From the IMG/VR virus record IMGVR_UViG_3300042559_002108: DNA of 64,000 nt. The stretch is one strand, 5' to 3'. This DNA comes from an uncultured virus (IMG/VR IMGVR_UViG_3300042559_002108) (lineage: Duplodnaviria; Heunggongvirae; Uroviricota; Caudoviricetes). A model generated the notes under the pieces. The model worked only from the letters and a program-made list of their open reading frames with translations, did no database searches and was not told where the DNA came from. A program made the position numbers and the translations under genes. Positions 11,147 to 25,514 of the stretch are shown one piece after another (position 1 is the stretch's first letter; each line of letters starts with the position of its first letter).

Positions 11147-13202
11147 CCCTCAGGACTAAATTTTTTCATATTATCTATAAATGGTGCACAGTGTTTTTTT
11201 AAATCTTCTTCAGTTTTTCCAGGATTATTTTCAACGTAAAATTTTACTGCAGTTTTAAACTTTAATTCTGTTATCCACCCATATTTTGATCCATATACAC
11301 CGTATTCTCCCCAAGGAGAGAATTTCCAATTGTCTTTTATATAAGGCTCAGTTATTAATTTTAAAAGTTGAACTTGTACAGCTGGATAAAAAAGAGCTGG
11401 ATCAGCGTAATTTCTTCCTCCGCCTTGACCTTCTTCTCTAAATATAGTTTCCATTTTAGCAGTTGCTTGTTCTTTTGTTTCAATTCCTAAAGAAACATGA
11501 TCTTTAAAGACTAAATGTAAAAGTTTTACTTTTTTTATAGTTATTTTTCCATTAAGTAGGGTTGGAACGTTAATAATCTTATCAAGGTAGTTGCTATTTC
11601 CTTCTCCGTAAACATTTATTTGCCAAATGCCAAAGGAGTAATCACCAGTACTAATCTTGCCATTAAATCCACCTGAATTAAAATTTGATTCTCTTTCTGG
11701 TATACACATAAAAATAGCTGCGGTTTCTGGTTTAAATTTACCAAATTCTATAAGAGCCCTATACAAAGCATTCTTGTTTTTTATTACCTTGCCTGGGTCA
11801 CTAATTGCACTTTGATATAACTCGGGCTCATATATTAACGCCTGAGATGGATTGGAAAAAAGATAAGGACTAGATGTACCATCTGGATTAGACGGATTCC
11901 ACGTAGAGCCTGGTTCAGGTATTGTGTAATCTAAATAAGTTCCTGCTCTTTCTGGCGAAAAAGCTATATGCAAATGATTCTGGTGAACAGAATTAGCAGA
12001 AAAGTTTATTTTTTTTAAACTTGAATATTTTTTTTGAATAATGCCATTTACCCCAGCAGCTTGTGCGCCAAATTCAGGTGCACCCTTTACTATTCCAAAT
12101 TCATTTGCTAGCCTATCGTCAAAAACAACAAGATCTGGAAGCAAGCTTGGATCTAACGCATTCATGGCCTCTAGTAAAATTGTAAAAGCTCTTTTATTAG
12201 TCTCTACTTTTGCATTCCCTAAATAAAGTATATCTGTATCATTACTTCCAATATGAAAACAATCTATTCCTCTTCCAGAAGAGTGGTCATTAAGTCTGCT
12301 ACCATCTGCAATTGCGCCATTACCCTCTATCATTGTTGGTCTATATAAATGAAAATCACCAGTTAATTTAATTTTTGTATTTATTGCTAAAAGAAATTCA
12401 ATAAGATTAGCACATGGGTAAATATGTTTACCGTTTGCTTTTTCTATATTAAAGCTAGAATCTATTTCTATCCCATCGACTCCTATTGCGGTTGTTGCTT
12501 CAAGAGTTATTCCTTGATTTAATTTTGTAAAAGCTTTTGTTTTATAAGGAACTTGTTGATTGGTTAAAATATTATTTGATTTAAGTTCATTAATTTTATC
12601 TTCAAAAATAGATGCCTCTTCTTGAGATAAATCTTCTTTCAATGTATAAACTCTTACTTCTGATTGTCCACCATTTGTTGGATCAAAAACAAAGTTAGAT
12701 GAATCCTCGTGATTTTGAGAATTGCTACTTGCCGGAGAACCAGATCCTCCTTGTAAATTATCAGATAATTCTTGAAGATAATTTCTTGAACCATAAGGCA
12801 AAGAGTTTGAGCCTAAAGAACTCTTTGCAACTATCTTGTTAAAAGCAGCCATTCCGAGTTAAGGTTTCATTTGGATTACTACTATCGGGATTTTGTATTT
12901 TAAGATTGGTTGAATCTGCCCCGCGCAGCACTTGCTCCGCCTGCTAATATTCCATTGATACTAGATTGGACAGATTGATTTGACAGCTGCAATGCAAAAG
13001 CTGGATTCCTATATAGTGCATCTCCAGCTAAAACACTTTGTAGATCTCTTTGTGTTAGACTTCTAGAAGCATCTCCTGATTTAGAATCTGATGTGACAAT
13101 TGGTTCTCCTGTAGGTAGATTTCCGTAAAAATTATTAGAAGTTTTTCTAGCTATAGAAGACGTATCTGTTAGGTCTTCAATGGAATAATTAAAGTCACTC
13201 AT
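11089..13202 (-). CDS. Tail-associated peptidoglycan hydrolase (M15-like Zn peptidase + lysozyme-like transglycosylase), ~703 aa after two +1 shifts
   Basis: Contains 'DHSSGRGID...HQNHLHIAF' (HxxxxxxD...HxH) and 'ERESNFNSGGFNG...GDYSFGIWQIN'. ORF 12900..13202 joins 11089..12852 via GCG-C-GGG and ACT-C-GGA. Confidence 0.7.
12853..12856 (-). other. CGG(N) +1 recoding site 4 (ACT-C-GGA)
   Basis: Second of two shifts 67 nt apart; it leads into G-MAAFNK. Confidence 0.7.
12920..12923 (-). other. CGG(N) +1 recoding site 5 (GCG-C-GGG)
   Basis: The shift opens a short bridging frame (GADSTNLKIQNPDSSNPNETLT) that ends at site 4. Confidence 0.7.
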
Positions 13203-13203
13203 G

Positions 13204-16200
13204 TTATGTGTTCCTATTCACTTCTATTTGACTTGGAAGAGCTGCCATTTCAGTTTCATCTATTACTGACCTTTGTTCTACTAGTAGGTCTTTTGTATAA
13301 ACTTTAGCTAAATTATTTACAATAAGTTCATAGTTTAATGATGCCGGAGTTCCATCGCTGTAGAACTCATCCCATTCTATATTTGGCCATTCTGAAACTT
13401 TTCCATATATATATTCAAGAACTTTAACTGCAAAAAAAGCATTATAATATCTTCTAAACTTTGGGGTTATTGACTGCAATGGTGAACTTGCATATAAAGA
13501 ATAGTAATCTTTATTTCCGCTGCCACCTACGGTTAAGTTGTTATATACTTCTTCGCAGGTATTAAATATTTCTTTAAACCTTTCAATAAACACTGGTTCA
13601 GCTAAATTTAATTTTAACTTTTTATCTAATAAATCGGATAGTGATAGTTGTAAAGATGTGCTAAATATAGAGTTGACTTCTTTAGCTATATTTTCTACAG
13701 CTTCTTTATCAGACTTATAAAATATAACACCCAGAGATCTGCTGCCAAAAATATCTTTTTCATAATAGTCTGATTTATTATGAACATTTCCTGCATCAAA
13801 ATTTTCCTCTGCAAGAGATGCAGTTACCTTTTTTCTATCAGGAGATAATCTGACAATAATTAGCTTATCTTTAATTGCAGACTCTACATAGGCTAACGAT
13901 TTTCCTCCAGGTGAAAGATAGTTAACTTTTGACCATTCCTTAACACTGTCTGAGATTGGTAATCTTAGTGCAACTGCATCCGTTGAAGTTAATCCAATAA
14001 CTGGTGAGGTAGTTGAAATACTAAAAGTATTTGATGTTACTGATTCAACCTTGGCAGCTGAGCTAACAGATGGAAAGGTTTCTGAACTTTGATTAAAAGC
14101 TACAGTATCATCAACCTCAAACGAATGAGGAGCAACAGTTGTAAAGGTAGCTTTGTTTACTGCTTCGCCTGGAATGTCTTCCACTTTATATGATTGAAGT
14201 TTAAAATTAATTCCATTATTTGTTGAAACAGTAGATTTAATTATATTTAATTCAGGAGTGTTTATTCCTAAAAAACGTATTGTAAATGGAGTCTTAGTTG
14301 AATCAAAAATGTCAACTACATCTATAGTGTCACCGTCTGTAACTTCTGTGACCCTGCATATTGCTTTGAAGAATCTATTAAGTCCAGCTTTTTCAGGGCC
14401 TATTCCTGAGTATCTAAGTACTTGAGAGTTAACTAGTGCATTCTCTAAGTCTATATACCTAACTAAATCGTTTATTTCTTTTTCTTTCCATCCAAGATTT
14501 TTTAGCAGGTCGTTTGTTCTAATATAGCTATATCCCTGCTCTGTTCTAACCTTACTTGAAACTCCTAAAATTCCAGGAAGAAGCTTCTTTGTGTGATATC
14601 TGCCAACTACCATTCCTTGACCACTTTGATTAAGACCGGCGTCCATAGCTCGTCCGTTCCTATTGAGATATTGAATATAGCAACCATGCTGATCTAGTAC
14701 ATTGTCTCTAATCCAGCTCCAGCCCTTCCATGCTGCCTTTCCCCCAATTCCAGCACCTAGCCCAGTAGCAGCGCCTGCAACTAGTGCTCCGGCCCCAGGA
14801 ATAGCTAGTGAAGCTAATCCTACTGCTGTACCACCTAAGGCTGTGGCTGCTGCAAACATGGCACCCACTCCACCTATCTTAGCGCTTCCATTAGTAAAGG
14901 CAGATTGATTACTGACTAACCCTTTAACCTGAGAGTTAATATCAGCTATGCCCTCAGAAGCAAAGTGGGCCATTATATCCTTAGTGATTGCCGAGGCTCC
15001 ATGTGTAAATTGCATTCCTCCAATCATTTGACTTTGCAGTGAATCCGAAAGTCCATCAACGCTGACTTGGCCCATATTATTTATTCCAGAACCTAAAGAA
15101 CTCATGTACATTCTGGTGTCATTTCTTAGTGACTGCATGTGTAGCCATGTTCCAATCCAAGATGACATAAACCATCTTGCCGGATCGTTTACTGTAACCA
15201 AAGCGTTTGGTGTAATTGAAGTTACAAATCCAAGCTCTGAAGTGAAATGATGTACAACTTGTTCAACCTCAAACATGCCATACATTCTTTCATATACGTC
15301 AGCAAGGTAAACTAAATCATGAGGTCTAATGTCTGCATTACCTATGATCATAATTTCCCCAGTATAAATATCTTTTAGAGACTCTCTCAAGTGTGACAAT
15401 GCAACTCTTTTAGCTAATAGTTCATCAGGAGTACCTTGTGCCACTTTAGATATACCTCTAGCAAATTCAAACGGATGCATTATAGGGTGCAGCGCTCCGA
15501 ATAATCCAGACCCAACTACATTGTCAAAATAAAGTCCAGTCTCAACTGTTTTTTCAACCTGTCTTTCTGGTGGGGAAGATTTATCTAGTGCAACTGTTAC
15601 AGGATATTTTCCATCAGAAACAGCAGTTACCATAGTGGCAACTCCATTTATATTTTCTGTTATTCCATTTGAAAGAATGTGAGAAAAAGAACTTAGATAA
15701 TGTATTCTCTGGAATGGTTGTCTAATCTCAATTACTGGCTCACCATATTCTCTTGTGAAAGGATTGTCTACTGCTCTTAATAAAGAACCAGGTCTTCCAA
15801 GTGAGTAGTAAATTGAGTCATTAAGAACTTTATTTAAAATATTTGCTTGCTTTGACATTTGACCTACTTGAGATAGACCATAACCAAGTTGCATCATTGA
15901 CATTCTAAATAGGTTGACAAGCCCAGATAATGAATCTCCTATAGCGCTAAATAGCGGGCCAACATTTTTATCCCAAAATCCACCTACGTCTTCCATAGTC
16001 TTACCGAACCAGTTGCTACTACTGCTTCCTTCTGATCTATTTGCTGCTAGTAATTTTTTAAATTTATCAGGTTTCTTTCCATAATCTTCATTAGGATCTA
16101 TGAATGCTTGAAAAATTTTTAACACAGGGTTAAAATCCCACTGATCTTTGTCGAAAGTATATTTCATATTAGGCTTAAGAACAAGCCATGCTCTAGCATA

Positions 16201-19200
16201 TGGATCTTTCCACATCGTATTTCTAAATGCACCTACAACAAAAAGGAACAGTTGTTTTGGGGTAGTAATTGACTGTATATATTGATCAGCATCCTCTGGT
16301 TGTATTCCAGATTGCTTTAGGCCTTCAATTATAACAAGTCTTAATTTTTGCACTTTAGCTAAAACTAGATCATTAAAATAATCTATTAATCCATCATTTT
16401 CTTTTCCTGCATCAATAAAATTTATTCTAGCTTGCTCTAATCCAGTTCTTAAATTAGCTTGAAATCCAGGTGATACAGATGATCTAACTAATCCGTTTTC
16501 ATCTTTAAATTGATATGGAGTTTTAAAAAAGCTATCTCCGAATATAGTTGAAAACTCATCTTCAGCAGTCCCTCCACTTGAGCCATATTTTGAAAATGGA
16601 TCATTTCTTAAAGAGGCAGCTGCTGTTTCCATTTGATCTTTATTTTTTGGATCCGCAGACTCAAATCTACGAAAATCTGCAGCTGAAGTAGTATCTGGTT
16701 GTGATAGAAAAGCGTTTGGTATTTGCTCTTCTGAATCTGGATCTAATCCATATGCTCTTTGAAAAGATTCTTTAACATTTGTGTATGTATGATATGCAAA
16801 TCTAAATTGATCCCATATCCCTGTTGCTTGCTGAAGAGTTCTGCCATTTCCTGCAATAACTTTTACATTTTGATCATAGTCTTCATCATAATATTGTCTA
16901 GCTTGAACAGAAGTTGAATCCAATGGATCGTATACTTCAGCAAATCTTCTTTCTGATATATTAAGATTATCTTTCTTTTCATTCTTAACAATTTCTCTTA
17001 ATGTATCTTGTTCAAGGGCAGTATAATTTCCTTCTTTTATTAAATCAAAATAGCTCTTTGCGTCTGTTCCATTTCCATATATATTTCCACCTAATTCTAG
17101 TTTTCCAACAGAATCAATAACATTAGATAATTCTACATTAGATGAAAGTTGCAATTCAAAGAATTCATTAAATGAACCTTTTGATTGACTGTAGTTATTG
17201 GAATTAACTACTTCTTTTTTGCTATTACCTTTTACGGTAAATAGACCAAATCCTATTATTTTTTGACCATTACCAATCTCTTGAATAGTTGTTCCATCAG
17301 CTGCTTTAAATTCATCTGCCGGTAGCAACATATCTGGAACAACTCCTAAAGGAGTGGTGTCTGGAACAAATGCGTAATAACAGTTTCTAGCAATTGGGAA
17401 TGGAGCTATTCCTGCTCTAGCTAGAGCGGTAATAGCATCTTCTGCGCCAGCCCATTCGTTTTCGCTTTTTGAAGATTTGCCATCTGACCAAAATTCTGAT
17501 TCTATCGGAGTTAAATTTAATATTCCAAGAAAGTAAGCAGCATCAGGAGATACTATTGCAGAAAGAGGAACCTCTTGCTCAAACATAAGTTGGTTTGTGC
17601 CTCCGTGAGGCATCTCTATCTATGCTTGTTGCGTTTCCAAATTCATCACGATTTTTACCAGAAGCTTGTTCAGGTATTCTTACGGTGCTATTTCCCCACA
17701 TAAAATAAGCTGGTTTACAAACAACTGCTTTTCCTGTACTTGGACTATAAACCATAACTTTTCTATTTTTATAATCTTTTACATTTCCAAATGTTTCAGT
17801 AATACCATAGTGATCAAGAAAAGCTTCTGCGCTTGAATTTGATGCATCAAACGGAATTGATGAATCAAGGTTTACCCCGCCACCTTCTGATAAAGGTTTA
17901 TACGGCCATTGCATAGCGATGTAAAATTGCTCTTCAAGAGCATTTGATGGAGCAGTCCACTCTTGAAGAGCTGCTGCGTTAGAGGTAGTATTATACATTT
18001 TAAGTATTTCATAATCTTTTGCAACTTCTCTATCTTGTGCAAAAGTTACGCCGATCTGTGCAAGGTCGATCTGTGGAAGTGGCATTCTAATAATTTTAGA
18101 AATACTCCCATTTAATCTTTCTGAAAATATATAAGCATCTCCGGATATAGATGAGTCAGCGGAGAAAATGGGAGTATTTCCCATTTCCATATTAATAGCA
18201 ATTTTTAATTTGTTTCTATTTTCAAGGTTAACACTATCTGTCGTGTTAGTGGTTACTATCTGTGATTCTTTTTTAAGTAAATTCACCCAGTTTGTTTCGC
18301 CTTTACTTCCGCCACCACCATTATATGACCAGTTGTCTAAGGCTAGTGTTTGATAATCAGACTTATAATCATCGTTACTCCAAGTACCAAGCTCATCAGC
18401 TAAAGCATAATAGGCAAAATCTTCTAGAATTACAGTGTCTTTTCTTTCTGTAAAGAAAGGAAATCTGTATCTATATGGGAGCTCGCTTATCTGTCTATGG
18501 CTAGAAAGTTGCTCTTCATTTAATTCAGTTTCAGTTAAGTCACCTCCAATAGGAAGGTGATAGCCTATTGTTGCGTATCCCATTGATACGGGAAGTTTAG
18601 AAATAATAGTTCCATTTGAACCCGTAAATTCCATAGTGGATTTATATCCAAATGGTACTACTTTTCCCTTAAAACTACCATCCCCAGATGAAGGTAGAAA
18701 AACGCTTCCTTCAGCGGTTGTATTCATTTGCATAGACAGCGTATCAGTTATAGAAATAAGTGATGAATTACCAGCACTAAATGCTGCTGAATCAGCTAAT
18801 GGACTTGATTCTTTATTTAATTGCTCCATTGTTTTTGTTAAGAAATCATCAACATCTATTTCTGTTGGAGCAATAATTCCAAGCTCTTTAGCTTTTGATC
18901 TTACCGGGAACCCAGTAGTTAGTGGAACAACTCCAGAAGTATACAGCCAATGCGGTTTGCCATAAAAAACAGTTGACCTATCTTCAAATGGTCTTATTGC
19001 TACAATGTAGTTTGGAAGTAATCTTGCACACATCTGGAATAAATCCCAAACACTTCTCATATATGTTTGAGCTCTAAATGAAACTTCATCAAGCCCAGGA
19101 AGATCGTCATCCATCCCTGATGTAATTCCTAGCGTATTCATTATGTGAGTTCCGCCTCTTCCGCTAAGAACTCCCCCTAGACCAGTTAGAGCTAATGCTC

Positions 19201-22200
19201 CTCCGATTATTGGAGCACCCAAACCTCCTGTTATTGCTATTCCAGCTGCAGCTATTGCTCCACCTATCATAGCTCTACCAACGTCTGCAGAACCATTGCT
19301 ATTATTGATCTGATTAGCCGATGAATTAGTATCAATTAATGACTTGGCATCTGCTCCAGCAGGACTATAACCTTGACTGTACTGAGCGGTAAGCTTGTTC
19401 CAAGAGTAATCACTAACTCTTCCTATGTAATTTATTCTTTCATTTGTTTTTTCATCTGGAGTTAGACTTGCTACCGAGGCCCATCCATCGCCTAAGTCTC
19501 CTCCTAAAAATTGTGCTATTCCAGTTCCATTTCCTGGATAAATATTTCTTTTAAAAATTTCAAAATCTCTTTGAGCGGAAAAGTTAGCCCACAAAGTGTG
19601 CATCAGACCCACTCCAGCGGGTCTTATCTCTGGACCAAAATTTCTCATTCCTTCAATTGTTCCAGAAGTCAAAACATCAACAGAGGAACCACTTCCCGAA
19701 GAGTTTCCAGAACCTGGTCCCAACGAACTGTGAGCCTCTTTGACTGAGGAAACTACAGCTTCATTTTTTGCTTTTTCTATATCGTTGAGTGGCTCATATG
19801 TCATTGAGCCAAAATGTCTTATTCCAAATTTATTTTGAGAAAATACTACTCCTCTTGAAGCGTGAGCAAGACCTTCCCTAAACCTAGAGCTGCCCATTGA
19901 CAAAAGTCTTACCATTAGATCTCTTGGTTCGGAAAGCCAAAATCCAGTGTTTATGCCACCATCTATTTTTCCACTATCACCTTTTTTATTAGTAGAGTTA
20001 ACTATAGGGCTAAGTTCTATTGCATCGGACTGAGCAGTAATTGTTACAATTTCACCGTTTTCAACTTGAGTAATAATTCCATTAAAAAGCGTCTGCAAAG
20101 CATTAGGGTTTGACCCGTATCCACCTCTTAAGTGGACTCTAACGCCAGGTTTAAGTCTTATATTATTGATATCTACTATGTAATCGTTTTGCATGTGTGC
20201 AGCTGCAAATCTGGCTCTACTCAAAACTCTATCAAGTATAGACTCTATACCCTCTACTGAATTAGTAGGCTGGTCATTGTATTCTTCGTCTACTCTAAAA
20301 ATAGCACTTGATTCGGCTGTGGTTAATTTAGAGTACATATTTGACACTCTGAGTATTAGAGTATCTCCAAGGATATCTTCAGATTGAACAATTGAAAAAT
20401 CTATTACTGATTGCAGGCCATAAAAATTATCAAATACTTTTACGCCAGATACAAAACCGCCCTCATCAATAAGCCACAGCATGTATGTTGGAAACGCTCT
20501 AATCATTCGACCAGATATGTCACGATACTTAGTATCGATCAACATTCTTTCCCAGTGTTTTGCTACTGACCCTTCAGTGCTACTGGTAGATGTTACTTCT
20601 GCTGTATTTGCATCGCTTTTAGTATAGGGATCATGAGTTCTAGCTAAGTTAGAACCAGTTCCGCCCAATGATGTTATATGAGCTGCGCCCATCTCTTTAC
20701 CTTTTGCATCTCTTGCAGCGTATGCTTTTGATGGACTATCAGTATCTCCAAAAGGTATAGCTACTGGCCTATACTCTATCTTGCCATCACTTGGATCATT
20801 AGAACTTCCCTTAGTTAATTGAACTCCATCAGAAGTAAAGTAGAATCTATTATCATATTTTCCAACATAACCAAGATGATAGCCATTTGCGTGATAAAGC
20901 ATCGCTGGCAATTTATCGTCTGAAACGCTTTCTGATGCAGGTATTAGCGTTATGGTGTGGTGAATATCTAATTCCTCAGTGTTAATACTGATAAACTCTT
21001 CATTGGAAGAAGAGTTTTGTGTTGAACTAAGGAGTTTTTGTATTTCTCCAATTGCATTGTCTGCCGAGTATTTAACATCTCCAACTTTGGTTTGATATTT
21101 TATTCCTTCTGAGCCAACAGTTCTTTCTACAGAAAGCTTTACGGCTTGACCATCTACCTCTGGGAATTCTTCAATGAAATCAGAAAGAAGATTTGACTTT
21201 TGACCTTTAAGGAATTCTCTTACAGCTCCCTCTACATAGGCAGCTGCTTCAGTTAATGTAATCTGTTGTTCATTAAAATAATTTTTTAAAGCTGCAATAT
21301 CATTATTGATAATTAAGTTTTTAATATCATTAAGTATTTTACTATTTCTAGCTTGATTACTTGTTGTTGATTGAGAGTCTAATCCTTTTGGAGAAACAGT
21401 AAAGTTTTCTAACTTTTTTTCTTCACTTTGAAGATGATGAATAACATCATCATCAAACATCTCAAAAGATCTAAAATAATAATCAGGATCTAGTGTTCCA
21501 ACAGTTTCTCCAGCTGAATCCTTAACCATTAATGGAAAATCTGGATAAGCATTGAATGATCCCCATAACTGCTTTATGCGAAGAAATGGATTTTTCTTTG
21601 TGCCAAATGTTTTAATCATATCAGCTTGTTGTTTTGATGAAAGTTTTTCTTTTTGCTGTTGAAATATGTCAAAGTCCACAAAAGAAATTCTTACATCATA
21701 AACGTGAGGATAGTTATTAATAGTGTCAACTTGATAAGTTAAAGGCATTACATACTTCATGCCAGCTAGACCAGCGATAATATTCTTTATGCCCATGAAT
21801 CCTATTACTCCAGTTGAGTGCTCTAGTCTTGCAAGGCCGTTAATATGTTCAAAAACTTTTCTTAATTTTATTAATTCTTTTTCTCCAAATACAGTCATAG
21901 AGATATTCATATAAGTATCTTTGCCACCTATATGTTGATATGTTGGCTCGTCTTGCATCTGAAGTTGCATTTTTGCCAGGTTGTTTCCTAGGGTTAAAGA
22001 AACACCATTGACTATTACCGCCTTTGGATCTAGATCTACTCTCATCATGGGAACTTCCCATTCATTGAATTGATAGTTGGCAGATCCTAATCTTTTAGCT
22101 TCCATCAATTTTTGGATAGGACCACTATTAAAATATCTATTATAGAATAAGACGTTAAACGCTCTACCAATATCTTCTTTGGATTGCTCAATAAACTCTT

Positions 22201-25039
22201 CTGATTTCTTACCAGTTGTCGATGCTTTTTCTTGAGCGTCTTGCTCAGAAAGATTATTTAAGAACGCTTTAACTCCAGTAGATGATTTTTCAAATAAATC
22301 TCTGATGTTTTTTAAAGAATAGTTATCAGAAAAACCATCTGGCTTAGGTTTTTCAAGCGGTTTACTTCTATAGTAGTATTTTGTTGCATTTGATGTATAA
22401 TCACCTGGAGGTAAGCTGCCAGGTTTAGCTAAAATATAATTGATTTCAGGTTGATTTAATGAATTTTTATTTTCAAATACAAAAGCTTTTGCATAGAAGT
22501 CATAAGCTTTCTCATTAAACTCTTTTCTATTTTTTCCAGCAAGAATGATGTCGATGCTCTCTAAGACTATTCTTCTAGCAGAAGGACTTATTGATCCTTC
22601 TATTGAAGTTTGAACTACTGAATCAAGACTTCTGCCATATGATTCTGATTCATTTATGTCAATACCTATAGACTTAAGAGCACTTTGCCAAAATGCTTGA
22701 CCTGTATCTTCTAAGAGTTTTTCCTCTTCTCCTCTGAACGAAGATGTGTCTGGAGTAAATATTTTTGTTTGCGTTCTTTCTGGAATATATAGACTTATAT
22801 TATTTCCATTACGCCATTCTTTTATAACATTCGTATTAAATACATCATTCTTAAACGGATCCTTTATAAGATCTGGCTCTTCTCCATCTTTTTCTTTAAG
22901 CTGTATTAGCTCATATCCTCTATCTCCAGCAAGGCGTGTTGCAGGTTCATTGGGGTCTATCTCGGTAAAGAATGATTCATTTATATAACTATGTAGACTT
23001 CCAGCGGCTTTACCCATGTAGTGTCTAAACTTACCCCAATGAACAGCTTGATTAAAATCTTTAATCATTGGAAGGAATGGTTTATGATTAAAGCTAAGAA
23101 GCTCTAGGTCTACCACTAAAGCAAATGGATAGTTAGGAATAGTTGAGATGCTCATTGAAGAAAGAGCTACTCCAGTTATTCCATGAACAGAATTTAAGTA
23201 TACGTTTTTAATTGGAAGTATCGGAGCATATTTAAATGCCGCTACAAGACCTCTTAATGAAGAAAGAAATTTATCTATCTGCTCTTCATTTCCTGCTTGT
23301 TTAAAATCAATTTTAAAATCTTTATCAATACTTAAATCTTTAATTCCATCTATTGATATTCCCCATATTTCTTCATAATTAGGAAAAAATAATTTAAGAT
23401 TTATTGAAGTTTCTTTGTACCCAGCATTGAACTTTGGAGAACTCTTTTGCCTGATTGCTCCACCGGTAAGACTTCCAGTTTTAAACTGAGAATTAATAGA
23501 TATAGCAACTGGAGGAACATAAAAGTTTGATGCTCCAAGTCTTAGATGGAATGAGTCTGGTGTTTTAGGTGTAATGTTTTCCCTGAAAGGAAACTGCTTA
23601 AGTGCTTCTTGTATCCTTTGTCCAGTGTTAATGAAGTCCCATGCAGCTTCAAAAACTGGCTTACCATCTTTGTCTAAACCAAAAGAATCAATTAGCGACT
23701 TAGCTAACGCTTCTACGTTATTTATTGGGTCATCTGAACTTCCACCAGAATAATCTGCTGCAGCTGCGGTAGCATTAAAAAATAATGTAACTAAATTTGG
23801 AAAATAGTTTTGTATTATAGAAAGAGTAATTGGATCTCTAGTTAGAGTTGTCATAACCCTGGATAGGTCATTGAGCCACATCGTGTCTCTTACTGGATCA
23901 AGAGCATTTGTTGCACTTCCTTTTACTGGATCCAATAAGTCTGATCCAACTGAAAATCTTTTTTGAGCAAATTCAGCTATAGAACCAGCACTAACTGCTA
24001 GATCTAGTAGTCCACTAGTGCGTATTTTGTCCCATATGTTTTTGCCATATTTTTCATTTGCTGGGATAGTCGCCGCACCAGATGGTTTAAATAAATTATA
24101 AAAACCTTTTTTAATTGATTCTATTTTTGAGGAATCGTCAAGTACTCTTTCTGGAAGTTTAGTTGCTATATAACCATCAAGGTTGAAAGTAACCTTCCAC
24201 TTTCCTAAAATTGTATTTAGTTGTTCTTCTAAAAATGTTGTATTGGCACCTTCGACTACCGATGATTCTGGGTTTGATTTATAATCTTGACTTTCTGCAT
24301 TGTAATTCTGTAATTTTTCTTTTACAGCTCTTAATGCAGCTAGCGTTCCGGCTATAGTTGTACTATAAAGTCTATTGTAGACCATCCCCAAATCTTTACC
24401 TGGAAGGTCTGAATTTCTTGCTATATATTGTGTTACATATTTCTCTACCTCAGGCTCCTTAGTAGATTCTGAATTAAGAAGATACCTGAACATGTAGTCA
24501 GTAAATGCTATTGCGGAATATGTATCTTTTGAACCAAGCGATTGATATAAGTTTGTTCTTTTATAAAGATTTGGTGGGTAAAATTCTTCGCCAAAAGATA
24601 GAATTCCAGCGCTCATTACTGGATAAGTTGGACCAGTTGTAGTTTTTAATCCACCAGTACTAGACTTAACCTTTGGGTTTGTCCTAGTAATGCCTTTTCC
24701 AGCGTCTTTTATTGGTTTAAAATAAATATTATAAAGGTCTTTAATTCTATCTTGAGTAGCACTTGATGGACCATTCTGCGTTTCTATACGTGTATTTAAT
24801 CCATTTTCTAAATAATCATATTCGAAATATGCACTATTGAACTGTGATAATGGGTTTAGAAATTGTTGTTTCCATCCAACATTAGGATCATTATTAATTG
24901 CTGTTCTTATCGCTTGTAAACCAGGCTCATAGTAGTAATCAAATAAATCTTGAACATCAGCTATAATTGCTTCAATCTCGACCTGCGTAAGGCCCTTCAT
25001 GTATTCTGTTACTTCTGTATTTAATACCTGTTCAGCCAT
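13204..25039 (-). CDS. Giant virion baseplate-hub/tail protein (~3944 aa after one +1 shift) with a C-terminal thermonuclease-like domain
   Basis: The 2486-aa and 1469-aa ORFs overlap and join at TCA-C-GGA. Hub-like segments include 'RVHLRGGYGSNP...LFNGIITQV' and 'GEIMIIGNADIRPHDLVYL...GMFEVEQVVHHF'. The SNase-like motif is 'VTDGDTIDV...IRFLGINTPE'. Confidence 0.65.
17602..17605 (-). other. CGG(N) +1 recoding site 6 (TCA-C-GGA)
   Basis: The only in-frame CGG I found in ~3,900 codons; it sits in the ORF overlap. Confidence 0.8.
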
Positions 25040-25041
25040 AG

Positions 25042-25506
25042 TTAAAACATTCCGTTAATATTAAGAGATTGATTTAGTCTATTACTGGAGCTACCAGTCA
25101 TAGTTTCATTTGTATAATTATTAATTATACCTTGATTTTGTTTATTTGTAAAAAGAAAACTAGCACCCCTTTGAGTGCTAAAGTTTTTATCTTTAGATTT
25201 ATACCTAGCTGTTTGAAGTTGAGTTGCATCATAACCTCTATTGTCCATCTGAACATGAGCTGACTTACCAGTATCTAGACCCTCCATAGACCCTCTAATT
25301 GGATCTGGGTTGCCATCATTTAATTTACTTCTAGATTGATGAGCTGTAGTTCTTTGCGTTCTTGCAGAACTAGAAAATTCTGATGTCTTAGAAGTTGAGA
25401 TTGAAGCTGAGTAGTGATTTGCTGTTCTTGTTTTTGTATTTGGATTCGACTTAATATTTGATGCTATTCTTAAATTTTTATTTTGATTGTCTGCACCAAG
25501 AATCAT
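25042..25506 (-). CDS. Hypothetical protein (basic, low complexity)
   Basis: 154-aa ORF, tightly packed in the operon. Confidence 0.6.
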   Translation of the reverse strand: MILGADNQNKNLRIASNIKSNPNTKTRTANHYSASISTSKTSEFSSSARTQRTTAHQSRSKLNDGNPDPIRGSMEGLDTGKSAHVQMDNRGYDATQLQTARYKSKDKNFSTQRGASFLFTNKQNQGIINNYTNETMTGSSSNRLNQSLNINGMF

Positions 25507-25514
25507 ATCAACAC

